Of a stretch of 64,000 nt of DNA, positions 56,995-64,000 are shown in pieces (the first letter of the stretch is position 1; every line of letters begins with the position of its first letter). The translations under genes and the position numbers were made by a program. The stretch spans positions 4,256,001-4,320,000 of the forward strand of contig OZ245002.1 in NCBI GenBank assembly GCA_965223415.1. The letters are read 5' to 3'. The notes under the pieces are model-generated. The model had not been told where the DNA came from and did not search any database. It saw nothing but the letters and a program-made list of their open reading frames with translations. This stretch comes from Myxococcota bacterium (GTDB lineage: Bacteria; Myxococcota_A; UBA9160; UBA6930).

Positions 56995-57750
56995 GTGTTC
57001 GATCTCACGGGACGGGTGGCGGTGGTGACCGGCGGCAACGGAGGCATCGGTCTCGGGTTGGCCCGGGGGCTGGCGAAGGCCGGTGCGGACCTCTCGATCT
57101 GGGCCCGAAACGCGGAGAAGAGCGCGGCGGCGAAAGAGGAGCTCGAGGGTCTCGGGGCCCGGGTGCAGACGCTCTCTTGCGACGTGGCGAGCCCCGAGGA
57201 CATCGCCCGGGCCGTGGAAGAGACCGTCAGCGGCCTGGGGAAGATCGACGCCTGCTTCGCCAACGCCGGCTTCGGCCACATGGCCTCGTCGCTCAAGATC
57301 TCGCCGGAGGAGTGGCACCGGGTCACCTCCGTCGATCTCGACGGCGTGTTCTTCACCTTCCGCGAGGTCGCGAAGCACATGATCGAGCGGGGCGAGGGAG
57401 GCAAGCTCGTCGCAATCGGGTCGATCGGCGAGATCTATGGCATGGCCCGCCAGGTGCCGTACTCGGCGAGCAAGGCCGCCCTGGGCGGGATCGTTCGCTC
57501 GCTGGCGGTCGAGTGGGGCAAGCACGACATCCAGGTGAACCTGCTCGTTCCGGGCTGGATCGACACCGATGCGACCCGTCCCATGATCGAATGGGAGGCC
57601 CTCGACAAGACCATCCGCCACCGCACGCCGGCGAACCGATGGGGAACGCCGGAGGACTTCGAAGGCATCGCCGTCTACCTCGCCTCGGAGGCGTCCCGCT
57701 TCCACACGGCGGACACCATTCGCGTCGACGGCGGCTACTCCGTCTTCTGA
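56995..57750 (+). CDS. SDR family oxidoreductase (KduD-like)
   Basis: TGGNGGIG, ANAG, YSASK and RWGTPEDF. Confidence 0.9.
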   Translation: MFDLTGRVAVVTGGNGGIGLGLARGLAKAGADLSIWARNAEKSAAAKEELEGLGARVQTLSCDVASPEDIARAVEETVSGLGKIDACFANAGFGHMASSLKISPEEWHRVTSVDLDGVFFTFREVAKHMIERGEGGKLVAIGSIGEIYGMARQVPYSASKAALGGIVRSLAVEWGKHDIQVNLLVPGWIDTDATRPMIEWEALDKTIRHRTPANRWGTPEDFEGIAVYLASEASRFHTADTIRVDGGYSVF

Positions 57751-57757
57751 TCCGTCG

Positions 57758-57967
57758 TCAGACGACTCGCTCGCCGTCCCGCAGCACCTGGATGGCGAAG
57801 TGGGGGCAGGCGCGGGCGGCCTCGACGATCCGGGCATCCGGGTCGTCGCCCGCGCCGCGGACCACGGCCCGATCGGCGTCGTCGAGGGCGAAGCTCCCCG
57901 GCGCGCGGAAGACACACTCGCCGGCGCCCCGGCAGGCCTCGCGGTCGATGCGGATCTCGAGCGGCAT
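57758..57967 (-). CDS. Ferredoxin (single cluster, 3Fe-4S type likely)
   Basis: CRGAGEC...AP and AARACPHFAI. Confidence 0.88.
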   Translation of the reverse strand: MPLEIRIDREACRGAGECVFRAPGSFALDDADRAVVRGAGDDPDARIVEAARACPHFAIQVLRDGERVV

Positions 57968-57986
57968 CGCGCGTAGCATACCGGCC

Positions 57987-58586
57987 ATGGACGTGATCGA
58001 AGCGATGGAGACGTGCCGGGCGATCCGCTACCTGAAGCCGGATCCGGTGCCGGAGGCCCTGCTGCGCAAGCTCGTCTACGCGGCGACCCGCGCGTCGAAC
58101 CCGGGCAACAGTCAGGGCTGGGAGTTCGTCGTGCTCCGGGACCCGGCGAAGAAGCGGCGCATCCAGGAGGCCCTCGAGGGGACGATGGCGCCGGCCATCG
58201 AGAACCTCGGCGCCGACGAGACCGATCCGGTTCAGCGCCGCGTGCTGGCCGGCGCGGGTCACCTCATCCGCCACCTCGACCAGGTGCCGGTGCTCGTCTT
58301 CGTGTGCGGGCGCCTCGTCTACCCGCCCCAGGCGCCCAGCGAGCAGATGGTCTGGTCCGCGGTCTATCCGGCGGCCCAGAACCTGATCGTGGCCGCTCGC
58401 TCCCTCGGGCTCGGCTCCACCTTCACCACCTTCCACATGGCGGCAGAGGGGACCGTGCGGGAGGTGCTGGGCATTCCGGCCGAGGTTCGGATCGGGGTCA
58501 CCCTCGCCCTGGGCTATCCCGACCGTCCCTTCGGGCCGCTGGCGCGCAAGCCCGTCGACGACGTCCTGCACTGGGACGGTTGGTAG
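57987..58586 (+). CDS. Nitroreductase family protein
   Basis: RAIRYLKPDPV, PGNSQGWEF, PAAQNLIVAARSLGLG and ALGYP. Confidence 0.9.
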   Translation: MDVIEAMETCRAIRYLKPDPVPEALLRKLVYAATRASNPGNSQGWEFVVLRDPAKKRRIQEALEGTMAPAIENLGADETDPVQRRVLAGAGHLIRHLDQVPVLVFVCGRLVYPPQAPSEQMVWSAVYPAAQNLIVAARSLGLGSTFTTFHMAAEGTVREVLGIPAEVRIGVTLALGYPDRPFGPLARKPVDDVLHWDGW

Positions 58587-58595
58587 GCTCGGACC

Positions 58596-60110
58596 GTGAC
58601 CGATGCCCTCATCGAACGCATCCTGCGCGCGCGGGTCTACGACGTCGCCCGGGAGACCCCGCTCGAGGATGCGCCGCGGCTCTCGGCGCGCTTCGGCGAG
58701 CGGGTGCTGCTGAAGCGCGAGGATCTCCAGCCGATCTTCTCCTTCAAGCTGCGCGGCGCGTACCACAAGATCTCCCAGCTTCCGCCCGACGAGGCCCGAC
58801 GCGGGCTCGTGGCTTGCTCCGCCGGCAACCACGCCCAGGGGGTGGCCCTTGCGGCCGCGCGCCTGGGTTTCCCGGCCACGATCGTCATGCCCCGCACCAC
58901 GCCCTCGATCAAGGTGCAGGCGGTGGACGCCCTGGGCGCGAAGGTCGAGCTCTTCGGCGACACGGTGGCCGATGCCGGCGAGCGGGCGGACGCCCTGGCC
59001 GCCGAGCACGGCTACGCCTTCGTCCACCCCTTCGACGATCCGGACGTGATCGCGGGCCAGGGCACGATCGGCATGGAGATCCTGCGCCAGCACCCGGACC
59101 CCATCGACGCGATCTTCGTGCCGGTGGGCGGCGCGGGCCTGCTGGCCGGCGTGCTCGCCTACGTGAAGTTCCTGCGCCCGGAGACCCGCGTCTTCGGGGT
59201 CGAGGCGGAGGATGCGGCGAGCCTGGCGGCCGCCCTCGCGGCGGGCCGGCCGGTCGCGCTTCCTCGGGTCGGTCTGTTCGTCGACGGCGCCGCGGTGCGC
59301 CAGGTCGGCCGTCTCCCCTTCGACATCGTCCAGGGCCGGGTCGATGGCGTGCTGCGGGTCGGCGTCGACGAGGTGTGCGCCGCGATCCAGGACCTCTTCG
59401 AGGAGACCCGGGTGCTGGCCGAGCCGGCCGGGGCACTGGCACTGGCCGGCATGAAGCGCTGGCTCGAGGAGAAGGGCGGCGGCCAGGGCCGGGCGCTGGT
59501 CGCGATCCAGAGCGGTGCCAACATCAACTTCCACCGCCTCCGGCACATCTCCGAGCGCGCCGAGCTGGGCGAGCACCGGGAGGCGATCCTCGCCGTGACC
59601 ATTCCCGAGCGGCCCGGGAGCTTCCGCGAGCTGTGTGGCGCCTTGCGGGACGCCAACGTGACCGAGTTCAACTACCGCCACGCCGACAGCCCGGAGGCCC
59701 ACGTGTTCGTCGGCGTCGCGCTGGGCCAGGGCGTCGCGCGGGAGGAGCTCGTGGGCGGCCTCCAGCGGGCGGGCTACGGCGTCGTCGACATGACCGAGAA
59801 CGAGATGGCACTCCTCCACACCCGCTTCATGGTGGGCGGCCGGGCCCCGGAGCTGGCCGACGAGCGCCTGCTGCGCTTCGAGTTCCCGGAGCGCCCGGGA
59901 GCCCTGGCCCGTTTCCTGGAGCTGATGGATCCGCGCTGGAACCTCTCGCTCTTCCACTACCGCAACCACGGCTCGGCGGTGGGCCGGGTACTGGCGGGGA
60001 TCCAGGTGCCGGCGGGGGAGGACGGAGGCTTCCGGCGCTATCTGGACGAGCTCGGCTACCCCTGGAGCGAGGAGACAGAGAATCCGGCCTATCGCCTCTT
60101 TCTTCGCTGA
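58596..60110 (+). CDS. ilvA: Threonine ammonia-lyase, biosynthetic
   Basis: KREDLQPIFSFKLRGA, SAGNHAQG, SGANINF and two C-terminal regulatory repeats (PERPG). Confidence 0.95.
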   Translation: MTDALIERILRARVYDVARETPLEDAPRLSARFGERVLLKREDLQPIFSFKLRGAYHKISQLPPDEARRGLVACSAGNHAQGVALAAARLGFPATIVMPRTTPSIKVQAVDALGAKVELFGDTVADAGERADALAAEHGYAFVHPFDDPDVIAGQGTIGMEILRQHPDPIDAIFVPVGGAGLLAGVLAYVKFLRPETRVFGVEAEDAASLAAALAAGRPVALPRVGLFVDGAAVRQVGRLPFDIVQGRVDGVLRVGVDEVCAAIQDLFEETRVLAEPAGALALAGMKRWLEEKGGGQGRALVAIQSGANINFHRLRHISERAELGEHREAILAVTIPERPGSFRELCGALRDANVTEFNYRHADSPEAHVFVGVALGQGVAREELVGGLQRAGYGVVDMTENEMALLHTRFMVGGRAPELADERLLRFEFPERPGALARFLELMDPRWNLSLFHYRNHGSAVGRVLAGIQVPAGEDGGFRRYLDELGYPWSEETENPAYRLFLR

Positions 60111-60171
60111 ACTCTCGCGGCGTTTACGGAGTCTTTACGCGGGATGCGAGGACACCGGTTAGGCTCGGAAC

Positions 60172-61020
60172 ATGAGCGATCCGCGCGCCCTCCAGATCGC
60201 CGCCCTGGGCGGACTCGCCGTCTACGGGTCGGCGGCCCTCGATTTCGAGATCGAGGCCGGACGGGTCGCCTTGGTGGTAGCGGTGGCCTTGGCCACGGAG
60301 TGGATCGGGCGACGCCTCCGCGGCGAGCCCTTCGACCCGCGCAGCCCGCTGATCACGGCGCTCTCCCTGACGCTCCTGCTGCGCGCCGCGACGCCGGGCC
60401 TCGCCGCGGCCGGGGCGCTCCTCGCCGTCGGCAGCAAGCACCTGCTGCGGGCCCGTGGCGGCCACGTCTTCAACCCGGCCAACTTCGGCATCGTGGTGCT
60501 GCTGCTCGCCACGGACGGGGTATGGGTGTCCGCCGGCCAGTGGGGACACGCAGCACTCCTGGCCCTGGCCCTCGCGGGCGCGGGACAGCTCGTGATCCAT
60601 CGGTCCACGCGCAGCGACGTCACCTGGGCGTTCCTCGCGGCCTGGGGCGGCCTCACCTTCGGGCGCGCCGCCTGGCTCGGCGACCCCTGGGCGATTCCGC
60701 TGCACCAGCTCCAGAACGGCGCGTTGCTGATCTTCGCCTTCTTCATGATCTCGGATCCGCGCACCACGCCGCGCTCGCGGGCCGGCCGGGTGTTCTACGC
60801 GGCGGTGGTGGCCGGCGCCGGCTTCGCCCTGCGGTTCGGCGCCCACGAGCCGAACGGCCTGCTCCATGCCCTGTTCGCAGCGGCCCCCCTGGTGCCGCTG
60901 CTCGACCGTTGGCTTCCCGGCCCCACCTATCGGTGGGACCGGGCTCCGGAGGAACCCCGACATGCGTCCCCGTCTTCGCTCCCTGCTCCTCTCCTGCCTG
61001 TGCCTCGTGGGGCTCGCTGA
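60172..61020 (+). CDS. Stand-alone RnfD/NqrB-like membrane protein
   Basis: DPR, SPLIT, SKH...HVFNPANFG and FFMISDPRTTP. Confidence 0.82.
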   Translation: MSDPRALQIAALGGLAVYGSAALDFEIEAGRVALVVAVALATEWIGRRLRGEPFDPRSPLITALSLTLLLRAATPGLAAAGALLAVGSKHLLRARGGHVFNPANFGIVVLLLATDGVWVSAGQWGHAALLALALAGAGQLVIHRSTRSDVTWAFLAAWGGLTFGRAAWLGDPWAIPLHQLQNGALLIFAFFMISDPRTTPRSRAGRVFYAAVVAGAGFALRFGAHEPNGLLHALFAAAPLVPLLDRWLPGPTYRWDRAPEEPRHASPSSLPAPLLPVPRGAR

Positions 61021-62341
61021 GGGAGCCCGCGCCTTCTGTGGCTTCTACGTCGCGAAGGCCGACACGAAGCTCTGGAACCAGGCCTCCCAGGTCGTGCTGG
61101 TGCGCGACGGCGACCGCACCGTGCTCACCATGGCCAACGACTTCAAGGGCGACCCCAAGGAGTTCGCCGTCGTGATCCCGGTGCCGACCTTCCTCGAGCG
61201 CGAGCAGATCCACGTGGGGGACAAGGCGGTGATCGACCATCTCGACGCCTACACGGCGCCGCGGCTGGTCGAGTACTTCGACTCGGATCCGTGCATGCTC
61301 GCGAAGATGCGTCGTATGGAGGCCGCGCTCCCCCAAGCATCGGCCGCCGGCCGCGCGTCGGCCGACAACGCTCGCGCCCTCGGCGTCACGATCGAGGCCG
61401 CCTACACCGTCGGCGAGTACGACATCCTGATCCTCTCCGCCGAGGAGAGCTCGGGCCTCGAGACCTGGCTCACCGGGAACGGCTACCGGCTTCCCGAGGG
61501 CGCCGGCCCCGTGCTCGGCAGCTACCTGAAGCAGGGCATGCGCTTCTTCGTCGCCAAGGTGAACCTGGAGGAGCAGGCGAAGTCCGGCTACCAAACCCTG
61601 CGCCCGCTGCAGGTGGCCTACGAGTCGCCGAAGTTCATGCTGCCCATCCGCCTGGGCACGGTCAACGCGGAAGGGCCCCAGGAGCTCTTCGTCTACGCCC
61701 TCACCCGGACCGGCCGCGTGGAGACGACGAACTACCGCACCGTCAAGCTCCCCACCGGCATGGACATCCCGGTCGCCACCAAGGAGCGCTTCGGCGAGTT
61801 CTACCGGGCGATGTTCGGCGAGCAGACCCGCCGCGAGAACGCCGAGGTGGTCTTCCTCGAGTACGCCTGGGACATGAACTGGTGCGATCCCTGCGCGGCG
61901 GATCCGCTCTCCCGCGACGAGCTCCGGCAGCTCGGCGTCTTCTGGCTGGAGGACGGGCCCGTGCCGATGCCCGGCCAGCCGCGCATCATGCCCCCGCCGA
62001 CGCCGGCCCAGAACGTCTTCGCGACCCGCCTCCACCTGCGCTACGACCGGGAGCACTTCCCGGAGGACCTGCGCTTCCAGGAGACCGGCGATCGCACGAA
62101 CTTCCAGGGTCGCTACGTGCTGCGCCACGCCTGGACCGGCGACGCCCAGTGCGCCGCCGCCGAGAGCTATCGCGCGGCCCTCCCCCAGCGCCACGAGAAG
62201 GAGGTCCAGACCCTGGCCTCCCTGACCGGCTGGGACATCGGCGACATCCGGCGCTGGGCAGGGCTCCCCCCGACGCCCGCGAAGCCCACGGAGCCGCCGT
62301 CGCCCGATCCCTGGTGGAAGCGCCTCTGGCCGAGCGAGTAG
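60962..62341 (+). CDS. DUF2330 domain exported protein
   Basis: Signal peptide then AFCGFYVAK; TAPRLVEYFD, FMLPIRLG, EYAWD..WCDPC, TRLH and NFQGRY. Confidence 0.88.
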   Translation: MRPRLRSLLLSCLCLVGLAEGARAFCGFYVAKADTKLWNQASQVVLVRDGDRTVLTMANDFKGDPKEFAVVIPVPTFLEREQIHVGDKAVIDHLDAYTAPRLVEYFDSDPCMLAKMRRMEAALPQASAAGRASADNARALGVTIEAAYTVGEYDILILSAEESSGLETWLTGNGYRLPEGAGPVLGSYLKQGMRFFVAKVNLEEQAKSGYQTLRPLQVAYESPKFMLPIRLGTVNAEGPQELFVYALTRTGRVETTNYRTVKLPTGMDIPVATKERFGEFYRAMFGEQTRRENAEVVFLEYAWDMNWCDPCAADPLSRDELRQLGVFWLEDGPVPMPGQPRIMPPPTPAQNVFATRLHLRYDREHFPEDLRFQETGDRTNFQGRYVLRHAWTGDAQCAAAESYRAALPQRHEKEVQTLASLTGWDIGDIRRWAGLPPTPAKPTEPPSPDPWWKRLWPSE

Positions 62342-62478
62342 GAACAGCGTTTGATCGAAGTCCCGGCGGGTGACGATTCTCACCCCGAAGGGCGCCCGGG
62401 TCTGCCATCCTGCCTCCGGGAGGAACCGGGTCCGAGGTGAGGCATCTCAGGTCTGGACCTTTCGGAAGAGGAGACTTC

Positions 62479-62706
62479 ATGACCCGTATCCTGAACCTGC
62501 GGCGCCTCGGCCTGGCCGTGGCCGTGGCGGGGCTCCTGGCCCTGCCCCTCGTGGCCTTCGCCGAGCACCACGAGGCCGGCGAGAACCCGTGCAACCCGTG
62601 CGCGGAGAACCCGTGCGGCGACAATCCGTGCGGCGACAATCCGTGCGGCGACAACCCCTGCGGTGACAACCCGTGCGGCGACAACCCGTGTGGAGGCGGG
62701 GACTGA
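62479..62706 (+). CDS. Small secreted Cys-rich peptide with eight NPC repeats
   Basis: GAGGAG RBS; signal peptide ending AFA; mature EHHEAG-ENPC-NPC-AENPC-(GDNPC)x5-GGGD. Synonymous variation between repeats supports coding. Confidence 0.82.
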   Translation: MTRILNLRRLGLAVAVAGLLALPLVAFAEHHEAGENPCNPCAENPCGDNPCGDNPCGDNPCGDNPCGDNPCGGGD

Positions 62707-62745
62707 TCCCAGCTCCAGTCGAAGCCTGCGTGGCGGGGGCCTCCG

Positions 62746-62867
62746 GGCCTCCGCCGCGTTCGTTTCGGGGCGTGTCCGGGGCCTCTTGGCCTCCGCCGCG
62801 TTCGTTTCGGGGCGTGTCCGGGGCCTCTTGGCCTCCGCCGCGTTCGTTTCGGGGCGTGTCCGGGGCC
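62746..62867. repeat. 42-bp tandem repeat, about 3 copies
   Basis: GGCCTCCGCCGCGTTCGTTTCGGGGCGTGTCCGGGGCCTCTT starts at 62746, 62788 and 62830. Confidence 0.9.
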
Positions 62868-62870
62868 GGC

Positions 62871-63353
62871 TCAGCCGGCGGGATCGATCCGGAAGAACCA
62901 GCCGGCCTCGCCCGGCCCGCCCCCGTACTTGGCGTCGACCACGCGCTCGAGGGCCGCCGCCGTGGCCTCGTCGTCCACCTTCACGAGGGTGGCGCGATAG
63001 CGCCGGCCCTCGATGCGCAGGACGGCGCGGCCGTCCCGGCGGGCGTCCTCGTGCCAGGTCTTCCCGGGCGGGAAGCCGAGGCTGCAGGGGACGTAGGCCC
63101 GGCCGTCGTGAACGAGGATCCAGGTCGTGCGGGAGGTCTCCTGGGCCGCGAGCTGCAGCTCGATCTCCGGGACACCGGAGGCGAAGGACCAGTCGGTCAC
63201 CGGGCCTTCCACCCACTCTCCGCTCGTGAGGGCGCCGCCGGGGAAGAGCGCGATGGGCCCGTCCGAGCAGCGCGCGACAAGGGTCGTGAGCACGAGCAGG
63301 CTGCCGAGGAAGACCGTGCCGATACCCACCCAGCGCAGGACGAGCTTCGTCAC
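62871..63353 (-). CDS. Hypothetical membrane-anchored protein (split-barrel/DUF2255-like)
   Basis: N-terminal TM, DGPIALFPGGAL, SRTTWILVHDG and VLRIEGRRY; GTGA coupling to the upstream gene. Confidence 0.7.
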   Translation of the reverse strand: MTKLVLRWVGIGTVFLGSLLVLTTLVARCSDGPIALFPGGALTSGEWVEGPVTDWSFASGVPEIELQLAAQETSRTTWILVHDGRAYVPCSLGFPPGKTWHEDARRDGRAVLRIEGRRYRATLVKVDDEATAAALERVVDAKYGGGPGEAGWFFRIDPAG

Positions 63354-64000
63354 GCCCGCAGCTCCTCCAGGTAGGCGCTTCGCTCCTCCGGCTTCGCGAA
63401 GGGGAAGGTGCAGAAGACGCGATCCACCGCGCCGCCGAAGCGCTTCTTGAGCTCGGCGGCGACCCGGTGGGGCTCGGCCACGACGGCGAACTCCTCGAGG
63501 ATTTCGTCGGTGATGCGCGTCCCCATCTCCTCCCACTGCCCCTGCTTGGAGAGCGCGTTGAGCTCTCCCGAGAGCTCGCCCCAGCCGTGGAGATCGAGGA
63601 CGCCCTTGTAGGCGGGCGTCGAGCCGTAGAAGGCGACCTGCCGGGTGACCGCCGTGCGCGTCTGCTCCCACTCCTTCTCGTCCGACCCGGAGACGACGAA
63701 GGCCGGGTAGCAGACCTCGAAGTCAGCCCGTTTGCGCTCGCCGGCGGCGAGGCCGCGCTCGATCGCCGGCAGGGTCACCTCCGCCAGGTACCTGGGCGTG
63801 GTGAACGCGTGCACGAGCATGCCGTCCGCCGTCTCGCCGGCGACCTCCGTCATCTTCGGGCCCACGGCGGCCAGCACCACCCGGGGCGGCCCGAAGCGGT
63901 TGTTGGTCGGCGTGAACATCGGGGTCATCAGGGTGTGGGTGTAGTAGTCGCCGCGGAACGCCAGCTTCTCGCCCGAGTACCAGCAGTCCCAGATCGCCCG
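63350..64000 (-). CDS. LLM class F420-dependent oxidoreductase, C-terminal part (5' truncated by the window)
   Basis: YTHTLMTPMF, AAVGPKM, DGMLVH and AFYGSTPAYKGVL. Confidence 0.85.
   Translation of the reverse strand, partial: RAIWDCWYSGEKLAFRGDYYTHTLMTPMFTPTNNRFGPPRVVLAAVGPKMTEVAGETADGMLVHAFTTPRYLAEVTLPAIERGLAAGERKRADFEVCYPAFVVSGSDEKEWEQTRTAVTRQVAFYGSTPAYKGVLDLHGWGELSGELNALSKQGQWEEMGTRITDEILEEFAVVAEPHRVAAELKKRFGGAVDRVFCTFPFAKPEERSAYLEELRA

Noticed and set aside
60172..61020. Rnf/Nqr respiratory complex
   Set aside because: Only one short RnfD-like gene is present, and no other subunits are adjacent.
62342..62478. Glycine riboswitch-like words (CCGAAG, CTCAGG) upstream of the NPC peptide
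   Set aside because: I could not build the conserved aptamer architecture, and the context is unrelated to glycine metabolism. An Rfam scan would settle it.
62746..62867. Possible CRISPR array
   Set aside because: The units are contiguous with no unique spacers, and there are no cas genes in the window.

Overview
A high-GC (roughly 70%+) bacterial window that is densely coding. The gene repertoire suggests an uncultured Myxococcota/Deltaproteobacteria-like organism, but this is inference only. Most of it is accessory metabolism: the tail of a nitric oxide reductase locus (norQ-norD), a GT-C/methyltransferase/GT2 glycosylation trio, lipid enzymes, several SDR and LLM oxidoreductases, a sigma54 two-component system with its probable target promoter, a complete chemosensory cluster (MCP-cheA-cheW-cheB-cheR-cheY-CheX/C-like plus PilZ-cNMP), and ilvA. 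Five items stand out. (1) A TetR-led corrinoid methyl-transfer operon encodes a pyrrolysine-free MtmB homologue, a deviant corrinoid protein and a degenerate MtrA/thymidylate-synthase/DUF4346-like fusion. (2) A membrane-anchored UxxC peroxiredoxin-like selenoprotein is split by the ORF track and has a SECIS-like hairpin. (3) An RnfD-like/DUF2330 pair is followed by a small secreted peptide with eight NPC repeats. (4) TANNNT boxes sit 6-8 nt before many start codons, suggesting pervasive leaderless transcription. (5) There are long intergenic palindromes of REP/REPIN type. No rRNA, tRNA, CRISPR array or transposase was recognised. All family calls come from motif recognition by eye, not from database searches.
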